DNA from: an uncultured Desulfarculus sp.
GTDB taxonomy: Bacteria > Desulfobacterota > Desulfarculia > Desulfarculales > Desulfarculaceae
Direction of reading: 5' to 3'
NCBI GenBank assembly: GCA_963665125.2
Contig: CAXXUK010000001.1
Location: forward strand, 928,001 to 992,000
Length of the DNA: 64,000 nt
The notes under the pieces are model-generated. The model worked only from the letters and a program-made list of their open reading frames with translations. It did not search any database and had not been told where the DNA came from. The position numbers and the translations under genes are program-made. Positions 7,657 to 17,488 of the stretch are shown here, one piece after another; position 1 is the first letter of the stretch; each line of letters opens with the position of its first letter.

Positions 7657-9381
7657 ATGCATGTAACCTCCACCCCGAAAACCTGGAACGTGATGCCGGA
7701 AACGCCCCGGGCGGCGGATGCGTTGGCCCGTGAATTGGGCATTCCCGTCTTGGCGGCCCAACTGCTTTGCAACCGGGGATTCAGTGATCCGGCCGAGGCC
7801 AGGTCCTTTTTGTATCCCAGCCTGGCCGAACTGCCCGGTCCGGACGGTTTCGATGGCATGGAACAGGCCGTGGAACTGCTTTGCGAGGCGGTTCAAGATG
7901 GCCGGACCATCGGCGTGGCCGGCGATTACGACGCCGACGGCGTAACGGCCACGGCGCTGATGGTGGATTTCCTCCAAAACTCCCGGGCTAGGGTGGTGTG
8001 GGATCTGCCCCACAGGCTCAACGAAGGCTACGGCTTTCTGCCGCCCAGGGCTGACAGGCTTAAAGCGGCCGGGGCCGAGGTTATCATCACCGTTGACTGC
8101 GGCATTTCCGACCACGAGGGGGTGGCCAGGGCCAAGGAGCTGGGTATGGGGGTGGTGGTCACGGACCATCACCAACTGCCGCCGGGCGCGGTGGTGCCCG
8201 CCGATGCCGTGGTCAATCCCCAGCAGGGCAACGACGCCCTGGCGCGCAACCTGGCCGGTGTGGGCGTGTCATTTTATCTGGCCGCGGCGCTACGGGCGGG
8301 TCTGCGGGCCAGGGGGCATTACAGGACCATTCCGGAGCCAAATCTACGCAACAGCCTTGACCTGGTGGCTTTGGGCACCTGCGCCGATGTCGTTCCCCTG
8401 GTAGGGCACAACCGGATTTTGGTCAATGAAGGGCTGCGGGTGCTCAATGAAGGCGGCCGTTTGGGTTTGCAGGCCCTTTCACGGGCCTCCGGGGTAAACG
8501 GCGCCATGGATGCCCGAGACCTGGGATTTGGCCTGGCGCCCCGGATAAACGCCGCGGGCAGGGTGGATCACCCCGAACAGGCCCTGCGCCTGCTGCTGGC
8601 CGAGCGGGAAGATATTGCCAGGGAATTGGCCGGTCTGCTCGACGGCTTTAATGTGGCCCGGCGGGGCATCGAAGAAGAGATGTTCGGCCAGGCCATGGAC
8701 CAGGTCATCGGCGACAATGGCTTTGATCGCCGGGGCATGCTGGTGCTCAGCCAAGAGGGCTGGCACAAGGGCGTGCTGGGCATTGTTGCCAGCCGGGTGG
8801 TGGAGGCCACGGGCAAGCCTGCGATACTGTTCGCCGTGGAAAACGGCAAGGCCGTGGGCTCGGGTCGCTCGGTGCAAGGCTTTCATTTGCAACAGGCCCT
8901 GGCCAAGTGCGCCCACCTGATGCAACATTACGGCGGCCACGCCATGGCCGCGGGCATGACCGCCGCCACGGCTGACCTGGGCAAACTTTCCGATGAGTTG
9001 GACAAATTGGCCAAACGCCAGTTGGCCGAGGCCCCGGGCAATGATTCGTTGCAGGTGGAGGCCGTAGCTGCCCTGGACGACCTGGGGCCGCGGTTCATGG
9101 GCTTCATGGATTGCCTAGGCCCCTATGGCGAAGGCAACCCCGAGCCGCTGCTCACGGCACGGAACGTCAGAGTCGTACGCGCGTGGGAAGTCGGCAAGGG
9201 CCATCTGCGCATGAACGTGGCCCAGGGGCGCATGCAGATGCAGGCCATATGGTTTGGCCATATCAACGATTGCCCGCCGGACAACTGCCGCTGCGACCTG
9301 GTTTTTCACCCGCGCATATCCAATTTCCGGGGGCGCCGCCTGGAACTGGTGGTCCAGGACATGAAGACGGCTTCCGTTTAG
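7657..9381 (+). CDS. recJ: Single-stranded-DNA exonuclease RecJ
   Basis: GDYDADG, ITVDCG, TDHH, PRINAAGR, GSGRS and GGHAMAAG motifs. The ORF-track start at 7537 lies inside the repeat, so 7657 is preferred. Confidence 0.93.
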   Translation: MHVTSTPKTWNVMPETPRAADALARELGIPVLAAQLLCNRGFSDPAEARSFLYPSLAELPGPDGFDGMEQAVELLCEAVQDGRTIGVAGDYDADGVTATALMVDFLQNSRARVVWDLPHRLNEGYGFLPPRADRLKAAGAEVIITVDCGISDHEGVARAKELGMGVVVTDHHQLPPGAVVPADAVVNPQQGNDALARNLAGVGVSFYLAAALRAGLRARGHYRTIPEPNLRNSLDLVALGTCADVVPLVGHNRILVNEGLRVLNEGGRLGLQALSRASGVNGAMDARDLGFGLAPRINAAGRVDHPEQALRLLLAEREDIARELAGLLDGFNVARRGIEEEMFGQAMDQVIGDNGFDRRGMLVLSQEGWHKGVLGIVASRVVEATGKPAILFAVENGKAVGSGRSVQGFHLQQALAKCAHLMQHYGGHAMAAGMTAATADLGKLSDELDKLAKRQLAEAPGNDSLQVEAVAALDDLGPRFMGFMDCLGPYGEGNPEPLLTARNVRVVRAWEVGKGHLRMNVAQGRMQMQAIWFGHINDCPPDNCRCDLVFHPRISNFRGRRLELVVQDMKTASV

Positions 9382-9393
9382 AGAACGGGCTCA

Positions 9394-10026
9394 ATGGCCC
9401 GCACACCCGTTCCATGTCAGGCTGTGACCATGGAACAGCCGCCATCCAAATACGAATTCCTTGAAATAGGTGACTCCCTGCTGCGATTCCGGCAACTGGG
9501 TCCTTTGGCTTGGTCGGCAGAGGCGGCTCGGTGCGTGGGCAAGGGCGCTTTGGCCCGGGCCGTTCTGCCGGAGTTGGACCTTCAATGGCGAGGCGTACAT
9601 TATCCGGACGGCAATCCCGGCGACGCCCTTTGGGACTGGCGCGACCTGCCGGTGGAGGCTGCCAGGATGATCGTGGACCAGGCCTGCAAACCCATGCTCA
9701 GCACCGGGCAAGCCGATGATCTGTCCCAACTTGCCGGACATCTGCGTTTTGCCTCCGACTATCCGGAGATCAACTGCGCCAATTGCATAAATGGGCAGGA
9801 GTTTGAAGAACCGGCGTTTGATTGCAACCAGTGTGGGTTTGTGCCGGTTCCTCAGTCCTTGGCCCCGTTGAAAGAGATTTTCGAATTGGCTGGGGGCGCC
9901 AAGGACGGCGACCTGGAAAGGATTGCCCGTTTGTGCCGCATGATGGGGCATGACGATGTTTGGGCTCTATGGCTGCAATTGCAGTTGCTTTACGTTTTTT
10001 GCAATTCGGATAATGCGAATAAATAA
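9394..10026 (+). CDS. Hypothetical protein with CxxC...CxxC (possible Zn/Fe site)
   Basis: 210-aa ORF 12 bp after recJ, containing CANC and CNQC. Confidence 0.55.
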   Translation: MARTPVPCQAVTMEQPPSKYEFLEIGDSLLRFRQLGPLAWSAEAARCVGKGALARAVLPELDLQWRGVHYPDGNPGDALWDWRDLPVEAARMIVDQACKPMLSTGQADDLSQLAGHLRFASDYPEINCANCINGQEFEEPAFDCNQCGFVPVPQSLAPLKEIFELAGGAKDGDLERIARLCRMMGHDDVWALWLQLQLLYVFCNSDNANK

Positions 10027-10071
10027 CCACGTGGGAAAAGCCGTGCTAAGATATCGGCCAAGGAGGTTGAT

Positions 10072-10503
10072 ATGTTCGGAGGGATCGCCATACGGCCCAA
10101 GGACGACGAACTGCGCGGCATCCTGCGGGAAAGCAAGGTCATCGCCGTTGTGGGGCTTTCGCCCAAACACGAGCGAGACAGCAACATGGTGGCCCGTTAT
10201 CTCCGGAACGCCGGCTATGAGATCATCCCCGTGAACCCGGCCGTTGATGAGGTGCTTGGCTGCAAGGCATATCCAACCTTGGCTGATATCCCAAAACAGG
10301 TCGATATCGTGGATGTTTTCCGCAGGCCCGAGCACGCCATCGCCATTGCTGAGGAGGCTGTGCAAACCGGAGCCAAAGTCCTGTGGCTGCAAGAGGGCGT
10401 GCACAACCAACAGGCCTGCGATATTGCGATGAAGGCCGGAATGTCGGTGATCAGCGACCTTTGCATCAAAGTCGAACATCAGCGCCTTGCCATAACGGAT
10501 TAA
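10072..10503 (+). CDS. CoA-binding protein (YccU-like)
   Basis: IAVVGLS, IIPVNP, VDIVDVFR and WLQEG motifs; AGGAGG SD. Confidence 0.9.
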   Translation: MFGGIAIRPKDDELRGILRESKVIAVVGLSPKHERDSNMVARYLRNAGYEIIPVNPAVDEVLGCKAYPTLADIPKQVDIVDVFRRPEHAIAIAEEAVQTGAKVLWLQEGVHNQQACDIAMKAGMSVISDLCIKVEHQRLAITD

Positions 10504-10625
10504 CATCGTTCAAACCATTTATGTTTTTACAAAAAATCGATTTAGTGTTAATGTTGAACATTAATCATAGTGGGATATGCGTCAATAAAACAACTCATGC
10601 TCGGTGGTCTCCCTGAGAACGGGGG

Positions 10626-10889
10626 GTGGGAGCGACAATGCGCTACTATGGAAAATACGGAGCTCAGACCAAGAGGCCTGAAATCCACTGCGATAATATG
10701 GTAAATGATTTGCGCTTGCGGGCCAGAGCGGTTCTGTTTGGTCGCGTGTCAAACAATCTGGTCATGTGGCTGGGTCTGGTTTTGATGGTTTTCACCATTG
10801 CGCTGTGCCTGCTGGGCCTTTCCAATTTATCTTCAGACAACAACCGGTTCGCCCATGGTACTAACTCGCAAGTGATAATTAGGCGGTAG
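10626..10889 (+). CDS. Small single-pass membrane hypothetical protein
   Basis: One hydrophobic helix. Palindrome TTAATGTT-G-AACATTAA upstream at 10548-10564. Confidence 0.4.
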   Translation: MGATMRYYGKYGAQTKRPEIHCDNMVNDLRLRARAVLFGRVSNNLVMWLGLVLMVFTIALCLLGLSNLSSDNNRFAHGTNSQVIIRR

Positions 10890-10911
10890 TTAAAAAACAG
10901 GAAAAGACGTA

Positions 10912-11418
10912 ATGGGGCGGATAGCAATATCAATCGCTTTGATTGTGGTGGCAACGGCGGCCTGCTGCATGGCAGGATGCGGCACCACGCCCATCAGCAC
11001 CCGGGCGATCGAGGAAAAATACCTTGACGAAGGCTATGCCAACCGGATGTACGAATACGGCGAGGAATTGCTCAAGCAAGGCCGCTACACGCAAGCATAC
11101 ACCGCCTTTTTGGATGCCGAACAAACCGCCTATACCAAAACACTGCGTGAAGCCGCCCGCAAGCGCCGCATGTGGCTGGGCGACTCCATTGCAAAAATGG
11201 AAAAAGACGGCAAGCCCCTTCCGCCAAAGGCCGACCTTGGAGAAGATGTGGAATTGCCGGAACCGGCCCTGCCTTCCAACGTGCGGGGCGGAAGCGCCAT
11301 CCAGGGCCAACAGGTTTTGCCTGGTCTTAAGCCTGGCTCGCCATCAATCGTCATTCCCGGACCGGCACGGTTGTCGGCCAGCCAAAGTGATAACGATGAT
11401 GGAGAAGCTCTGGAGTAA
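10912..11418 (+). CDS. Putative lipoprotein, unknown function
   Basis: Signal peptide with lipobox MAGC, TPR-like helix pair and Pro-rich tail. Confidence 0.6.
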   Translation: MGRIAISIALIVVATAACCMAGCGTTPISTRAIEEKYLDEGYANRMYEYGEELLKQGRYTQAYTAFLDAEQTAYTKTLREAARKRRMWLGDSIAKMEKDGKPLPPKADLGEDVELPEPALPSNVRGGSAIQGQQVLPGLKPGSPSIVIPGPARLSASQSDNDDGEALE

Positions 11419-11427
11419 CGGCCTGGA

Positions 11428-12102
11428 TCAGTAGTCCACAGGCGCGTTTTTGGCAAAGCTGTCTATATCTTCTGAATATTTTTCATAAAGATCGCTGAAC
11501 ATCACCGGCAGACGCTTGTTAAATTCGGCAAGCAGGGGCAACATGATTTGTCTAATCTGGGGATGGGACGGCCGTCCGCAACGCAGGTTCAATACGTGCC
11601 GCCATTCCCTGAGGTTGGCTGTCATCACGATTTCTGTTTTTAGACTGTTGGGAAGAACGCTCCGGGCCTCCTGGGCCTTTGCACCGTTTTCCAGTAGAGC
11701 CATGTAAGCCTTTTCAGCCATGGCCATGGCCTGGAGCCAAGTCTGATAGTTTTCCTCTTGTTCTTCCCAGAACAGTGGCTTGATAACGGTGATTTCGCTG
11801 CCGAACTTGTCCTTGGCGTAATTGGCGTAGCGTGTGCTTTCCTGGCTGAAGGCGGCAAGACGGTGGCGAACCAGTTCATGGGTAACGCCCCGGTCGCAGA
11901 TGAAGCGTACACTGATGTTAGCGTGTTCTATGACGCTGTGGTGCCCCGAAGCGATTATTCTTCGCACAAAACCTTCTGCGGAGTCATCGGTGGTCAGATC
12001 TTCGGACTTATAACAAGTCCGACCGGCCGACTCGATCAGCTTCATCAGTTGATCGGCTTCGGGCATGAATATGATATTAAAGGCAGGCCTTATAACGCGC
12101 AT
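11428..12102 (-). CDS. thyX: FAD-dependent thymidylate synthase
   Basis: GHHSVIEH, HELVRHR...SQESTRY and EARSVLP ThyX motifs. Start taken at MRVIRP (12102). Confidence 0.95.
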   Translation of the reverse strand: MRVIRPAFNIIFMPEADQLMKLIESAGRTCYKSEDLTTDDSAEGFVRRIIASGHHSVIEHANISVRFICDRGVTHELVRHRLAAFSQESTRYANYAKDKFGSEITVIKPLFWEEQEENYQTWLQAMAMAEKAYMALLENGAKAQEARSVLPNSLKTEIVMTANLREWRHVLNLRCGRPSHPQIRQIMLPLLAEFNKRLPVMFSDLYEKYSEDIDSFAKNAPVDY

Positions 12103-12147
12103 GAAACAACTCGTCGGCCACCTGCCCAAGGCAGGTGGCCGTTTAGA

Positions 12148-13596
12148 TTAGCTGCCGGCACGGCTTTCCAAATATCTCTTGGTCACCGGCGAATCAATCG
12201 CTTCCAAAATTTCTTTCATTTTGGGCCATTGTTCACCGATTTTTTTGTCAGCCATTTCAATTATGATGTCCTGCATCAGCAGATCGTTCTTGACGCTCTG
12301 CACCAGGGCCTTCATAACCGCTTCACGCATTTCAGGAGAGGCTTCTACTGGCGCCTCGAGTTCTTTTTGAGCATCGGGTCCCGCCTGAGTCAAGGCTTCA
12401 TCCCTGACCGGTGCTTCCTGAGCAGGCATGGGCCCATTCTGATCCAGAGGCCTGTTTTGCGCAACATCCTGCATTTCGGGTTGTTCGGCAGGGTTTAGTT
12501 GCGCCTCTTCATTGGGTATTACGGCATCCAGCGCGAGTTGTAATATTTTGGTGTCAAGATCCACCAGAACCAAATCGGTAAGCAGAGATATATCGTTGAG
12601 CAACTCCTCCGCTTGTTCTTCGGTGATGATTTGGTCTTTGGGCATATCTTCCGGGCTGGAATATCCCAGCGACCTAGCACGCATTTCGTTATAGATCGGG
12701 GCTCGTACATCAGCATCAAGCAAATCGTCGTACAACAACTTCACCTGTTTTGCCGTGTATCTGAATTTCTCCAGCAGTGGAAGCAATTGCAAGGCAGACT
12801 CACATCTAACTACTGATGAAGATTCGCTTTCGGAAATGGCATATTGGGCGAGGGCCAATGCCTTGTATTGATTTAAATACTTCCAGGCAGGGTCCCGGGA
12901 GCAGAGGTCGGCAAGGTCTTTGATGGCTTCGTCGGCCCTACCTGCTCCGGCTTCCACGCCATATTCGCCCGTTTCGCTTCCCTTGAAGATGTCTCTTTGA
13001 CTTACAGCGCCCAATTCAAACGTGGACAGATACGACCTGCTGAGGAGGGTTACTTCATTTTCCTTGTCGAGGAGAGAAAATTTAGCGTTGAGCCTGGTGC
13101 CCAGATTGATGCTGGGTATGACGTATCCGGCCATGTCAACCTGACCCTGGGTGGCCAGATTGGTCAGGGCAAATGCAGGCAATAAGGCGCCGTTGGCTAT
13201 GACCTGGGGAACCCGGTACGCATTTGACCCAATTACGTTAAGGGCGAATGCCGTAACCTTGACTTCAAGCCGATAAGGGAGATCTGCCGCCTCTTGTGAA
13301 TTCGGGGTCGGCAAGGCGCTGAATAGCCCGCTGCTTAAAAGGTCTGCTCGCAGCTTCTCGGTGATGGCGGGAGCAAATATATGAATATTATAGTTTGGAG
13401 CGTCCCAGGTTCCCTCTTCCCAGGCGCGTGCGTCGTCAATGGGCGGCATCTCTGCGGACAGCGCCGCCTTGTTGATTTCGCCCCTGAGAGGGTCCCTCGC
13501 TTCTTGTGTCGTTTTTATATATGCGCAACCAGCCGATGAGGCTAATGCCGCAATGATAATCGTGCTTATAAACAGCTTTGCCAGACCGAGTTTCAC
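12148..13596 (-). CDS. Putative lipoprotein, unknown function
   Basis: 482-aa ORF with lipobox SAGC and GAGG SD. Confidence 0.65.
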   Translation of the reverse strand: MKLGLAKLFISTIIIAALASSAGCAYIKTTQEARDPLRGEINKAALSAEMPPIDDARAWEEGTWDAPNYNIHIFAPAITEKLRADLLSSGLFSALPTPNSQEAADLPYRLEVKVTAFALNVIGSNAYRVPQVIANGALLPAFALTNLATQGQVDMAGYVIPSINLGTRLNAKFSLLDKENEVTLLSRSYLSTFELGAVSQRDIFKGSETGEYGVEAGAGRADEAIKDLADLCSRDPAWKYLNQYKALALAQYAISESESSSVVRCESALQLLPLLEKFRYTAKQVKLLYDDLLDADVRAPIYNEMRARSLGYSSPEDMPKDQIITEEQAEELLNDISLLTDLVLVDLDTKILQLALDAVIPNEEAQLNPAEQPEMQDVAQNRPLDQNGPMPAQEAPVRDEALTQAGPDAQKELEAPVEASPEMREAVMKALVQSVKNDLLMQDIIIEMADKKIGEQWPKMKEILEAIDSPVTKRYLESRAGS

Positions 13597-13695
13597 CTCT
13601 TCCTCCCTATCAAGGATACAGTTCTGCCAGAGGCTAAACTCAGGACGGCCACCTTGTCAAGCAGCGATGCAACATAATGCGTATTTAAAGGTTGC

Positions 13696-14124
13696 CTAGT
13701 GGCGTCCATAGTGGCGTAACAAACCGGCAACGACCCCTAAAACCCGAACTTGTTCGTTGCGCAAGACGATTGGTTCCATTGTGGAATTGGCCGGGACCAG
13801 CTTTATGTGGTCTTTTTCCATGTAAAACTTTTTCAGGGTGACGTCCGTTTCATTGATCAGCGCTACAACCATTTGGCCGTTTTCGGCTGTTTGGCGCTCT
13901 TCGACCACAATAATATCGCCGGGAGCGATTTGTTCGTCGATCATGGAGTCGCCACGCACTTCCAAGGCAAAAGTGCGAAAGCGCCCGAGCATATCCTTGG
14001 GGATGGACACCGTCCGGTCGTACGACATGGCTTCGATTGGTTGGCCAGCCGCCACGATACCCAAAAGAGGAATATCTCTCTCATCCAAGTCGATTTCGCT
14101 GAAGCCAAGGTCCTTGAGATCCAT
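13696..14124 (-). CDS. LexA-like S24 autopeptidase lacking the N-terminal DNA-binding domain
   Basis: VAAG cleavage site, GDSM (Ser) and TLKK (Lys). GGAGG SD before the ATG; only about 17 aa precede the peptidase region. Confidence 0.85.
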   Translation of the reverse strand: MDLKDLGFSEIDLDERDIPLLGIVAAGQPIEAMSYDRTVSIPKDMLGRFRTFALEVRGDSMIDEQIAPGDIIVVEERQTAENGQMVVALINETDVTLKKFYMEKDHIKLVPANSTMEPIVLRNEQVRVLGVVAGLLRHYGRH

Positions 14125-14230
14125 TTGACACCTCCGCTAAACCACTGTCTAGTAGACTATACGCGCGTTGATTTTATGTCAAGCTTTTAATGTTTGGATT
14201 GGTCGATAGCAGCGTGATATAGTTTGCGGC

Positions 14231-15064
14231 ATGATTATCGACGTACACACACATATATTCCCGCCGGAAGTTATAGCTGACCGGCAGAGGTTCTTGGACG
14301 GGGAGCCGGCCTTCGCGGCCATTTATTCCGACCCAAAAGCTCCGATGGTTGACGGCCTGGGACTGGTCCGGGCCATGGATGAAGACGGCGTGGATGTCTC
14401 GTGGGCCATGGGATTCCCCTGGGTGAAGGAAGAAAATGCGGCTCTGCACAATGAGTACCTGGTCAAGGCGGTTGAGCAGAGCGGAGGACGCCTAAGGGGA
14501 ATGGCCTGTGTTCGCCCACCAGCTTCATGGGCCTTTGCTCAAGCCCAAAAAGCCCTTGAAATGGGCCTGCACGGCTTGGGTGAACTAGCCTTTTACGACA
14601 GCGACCTGGATGTCGAAAGCCTTGATCCATTGGCTAAACTCTGCGCCGAGGCCGATGTCCCCTTGCTTCTGCACACCAATGAACCCGTGGGGCATATCTA
14701 TCCCGGCAAGGCGCCAATGACTCTGGCATCGCTTTACAGGCTGATAAAAAGCAATCCGAAAACGAAATTCGTTTTAGCCCATATGGCGGGCGGATTGTTT
14801 TTTTACTCACTGTTGAAGAAAGAAGTCGGCCAGGTGCTGGAAAATGTCTGGATCGACACCGCGGCGGCTCCGTTTTTGTATAAGCCCGCGGCGTATGGTT
14901 TGGCCGTGCAGCTTTTGGGCGACGACAAAGTGTTGTTGGGCACTGATTATCCATTGCTTCGTTTGCCGCGTTATAAAAAGGAATTGTCAGACCCGTCCAG
15001 TGGGTTGACTGATAAGCAACTCGAACAAATCCTGGGCATGGCCGCGCAAAATCTCCTGGCCTAA
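14231..15064 (+). CDS. Amidohydrolase_2 family metal-dependent hydrolase
   Basis: IIDVHTH, LLHTN, LAHMAGG and LLGTDYP motifs. Confidence 0.88.
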   Translation: MIIDVHTHIFPPEVIADRQRFLDGEPAFAAIYSDPKAPMVDGLGLVRAMDEDGVDVSWAMGFPWVKEENAALHNEYLVKAVEQSGGRLRGMACVRPPASWAFAQAQKALEMGLHGLGELAFYDSDLDVESLDPLAKLCAEADVPLLLHTNEPVGHIYPGKAPMTLASLYRLIKSNPKTKFVLAHMAGGLFFYSLLKKEVGQVLENVWIDTAAAPFLYKPAAYGLAVQLLGDDKVLLGTDYPLLRLPRYKKELSDPSSGLTDKQLEQILGMAAQNLLA

Positions 15065-15084
15065 ACCGGTTTTCCCAAAATCCA

Positions 15085-15115
15085 AAAAAACGCGCTCTCA
15101 ATGAGCGCGTTTTTT
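15085..15115 (+). terminator. Intrinsic terminator
   Basis: AAAAAACGCGCTC-N5-GAGCGCGTTTTTT. Confidence 0.75.
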
Positions 15116-15286
15116 CGTCCACTGCTTAAATACTCCATTCCTTGTTTTTCGGATAATTCACAGATGTTCATGTTTTAGGGAACTCGCATTCCGCAAAAAT
15201 AGGAAAATGCGGTTGGAAAAGAAAATAAAATTAACCTGTCGAAGCTAAAAATAAATAAAAACAAACAGATAAATAAATAATGATGG

Positions 15287-15303
15287 TTGGCAAGGATATT
15301 GCT
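15287..15303 (+). promoter_or_regulatory. sigma54 (-24/-12) promoter of the MCP gene
   Basis: TTGGCAAGGATATTGCT has GG-N10-GC and follows an A-rich tract. Confidence 0.65.
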
Positions 15304-15502
15304 TATATGCTGTGTAGGATGGCGCCGTTAATAATGGCTGGTGAATAAATCACGTTATTAACGAGTTGCACCACTGGACTGAGATAAAAAAAGCGTTTGA
15401 ACATTGTGCGCTTGAGAAATCGCCGTCAAGGCAGTGATAATAGACAGTAGGAACAGCTAGGAAAGAAAACACTGATTGGCACTCAGCCGGTTGGAGGATC
15501 AA

Positions 15503-17419
15503 ATGAAGAGAAGAAGCCTTTCATTCAAGTTAATCACTGGCGGTTTATTCCTGGCTCTGTTGCCAATGGCTCTCGTGGGATTCGTGGCGGTTTGGAATTC
15601 CGGTAATGCCCTGGAAGAGATCGCTCAGGGCCAGGCCAAGTATTTGGCCAAGAATATTGCCAATATGGTCCAAGAGGTCATCAGTGGCGAAGCCAAGGCC
15701 GCCGAGGAAGTTGCCACCAACCCATTGGTGGCGAAGGTCGCCGAAGACAACGGCCAGGATGAGGCCGCATCGGCTGAGCTCAACAATTGGCTGTACGCTG
15801 CTTTCAAGGACTACCGCGACGACTATGAAAGCAACTTACTTCTCGATTCTTCGGGCAAGGTGGTCGCCGACAGCGTCAATGGCAAGAGTAAGGGCCTTGA
15901 TCTTGCCCAACGAGACTACTTCAAGACAGCAATGGGTGGTCAGGCCGTAATCAGTCCTCCGCTCAAGTCCAAGTCTACAGGCAAGCCTGTCATAGTTGCC
16001 GCCGCACCGGTTAGAAACGCCAGCGGAAAGACGGTGGGCGTCTATCTCAACGTGATTGTCACCACAAACCTTTCCAAGACGGTCACCGAGACCAAGATCG
16101 GCCAGACCGGTTACCCCTGGATGATTGACACCACCGGACTGGTTGTGGCCCACCCCAATAGTGAGCACATCCTCAACACCAACCTGCATAGTCTTCCGGA
16201 CATGGAGCGCATCACCTCCAGGATGATGAAGGGTGAGGAGGGTGTTGACACCTATATCTTCAAGGGTGATCACAAGGTTTGTGGTTTCGCCTTTGTGCCG
16301 GCTACCGGATGGTCGGTGGGCTTTACCCAGAACATCGATGAGTTCATGGCGCCGGTCAATAACATCCGTAACCTGACTCTGATCATCGCAGGCGCGGTGC
16401 TGCTGCTGACGGCCTTCGGTGTCTACCTCTTCGCCCGCAGCATAACCAAGCCGGTTATCGCGGCCGTGGACCAACTCAACAAGGGCTCCGATCAGGTTGC
16501 CGCGGCTTCCAGCCAGGTCGCCTCGGCGGGCCAGTCCCTGGCCGAAGGCACGTCCCAGCAGGCTGCCAGCCTCGAGGAAACCTCTGCCAGCCTGGAAGAG
16601 CTGACCTCCATGACCAAGCAGAACGCCGACAACGCCAGCCAGGCCGACAGCCTGATGGTCAACGTGCGCTCCATGGCCGAATCGGCAAACTCCACCATGA
16701 GCGAACTGCTTGGCTCCATGAACGAAATCAACGACGCGGGCCAGGAGATCAACAAGATCATCAAGAGCATTGATGAGATCGCCTTCCAGACCAACCTGCT
16801 GGCCCTCAATGCCGCCGTCGAGGCCGCAAGGGCCGGCGAGGCCGGTGCCGGATTCGCCGTGGTCGCCGACGAGGTTCGCAACTTGGCCATGAGGGCTGCT
16901 GAAGCCGCCCGCAGCACCTCTGATCTGATCACCGGGGTCAACGAAAAGATCTCCCACGGCACCAACCTGGCCACTCAAATGGACGAGGCCTTCAGCAACG
17001 TCACCGGCAACGCCAACAAGGTCGCCGAACTGGTTGCCGAAATTTCAGCGGCATCCAACGAACAGTCTCAGGGCATCACCCAGATCAACGACGCGGTCAG
17101 CGAGATGGACCGGGTCACCCAGACCACGGCGGCCAATGCCGAGGAATCCGCGGCGGCAGCCGAGGAACTCAACTCACAGGCCGCCTCCATGCATGATATC
17201 GCCATGACTCTGACCATGGTCATCACCGGCGGTACGACCATTGAGACTTCGAGCGCTCAATTGCCGCAGGCGCCCAGGCAGCAGCAAAGAGCGCTCCCCG
17301 GGCCGAAGCCCGCGAACCGCGCTCCCAAGGTCGGCAACGGCGTAGTGGCCAAGAAGGCGGCGGCAAAGAGCCCGAGCCACGCCATACCCCTGGACGACGA
17401 CGACTTCCAGGACTTCTAG
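15503..17419 (+). CDS. Methyl-accepting chemotaxis protein with dCache sensor
   Basis: Two TM helices, Cache motifs (RDYF, GYPWMID), [23 protein letters not shown] hairpin and C-terminal pentapeptide DFQDF. GGAGG SD. Confidence 0.95.
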   Translation: MKRRSLSFKLITGGLFLALLPMALVGFVAVWNSGNALEEIAQGQAKYLAKNIANMVQEVISGEAKAAEEVATNPLVAKVAEDNGQDEAASAELNNWLYAAFKDYRDDYESNLLLDSSGKVVADSVNGKSKGLDLAQRDYFKTAMGGQAVISPPLKSKSTGKPVIVAAAPVRNASGKTVGVYLNVIVTTNLSKTVTETKIGQTGYPWMIDTTGLVVAHPNSEHILNTNLHSLPDMERITSRMMKGEEGVDTYIFKGDHKVCGFAFVPATGWSVGFTQNIDEFMAPVNNIRNLTLIIAGAVLLLTAFGVYLFARSITKPVIAAVDQLNKGSDQVAAASSQVASAGQSLAEGTSQQAASLEETSASLEELTSMTKQNADNASQADSLMVNVRSMAESANSTMSELLGSMNEINDAGQEINKIIKSIDEIAFQTNLLALNAAVEAARAGEAGAGFAVVADEVRNLAMRAAEAARSTSDLITGVNEKISHGTNLATQMDEAFSNVTGNANKVAELVAEISAASNEQSQGITQINDAVSEMDRVTQTTAANAEESAAAAEELNSQAASMHDIAMTLTMVITGGTTIETSSAQLPQAPRQQQRALPGPKPANRAPKVGNGVVAKKAAAKSPSHAIPLDDDDFQDF

Positions 17420-17440
17420 GAAAACGGCGCCCCGGCGCAA

Positions 17441-17472
17441 AAAAAGCCCGCCCCGAAAGGGGCGGGCTTTTT
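17441..17472. terminator. Bidirectional intrinsic terminator
   Basis: AAAAAGCCCGCCCC-GAAA-GGGGCGGGCTTTTT between convergent genes. Confidence 0.85.
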
Positions 17473-17488
17473 ATCGTATCGGATAGTA

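Noticed and set aside
11428..14124. Prophage remnant (thyX plus repressor-like S24 gene, lower GC)
   Set aside because: No integrase, structural genes or att repeats are seen.
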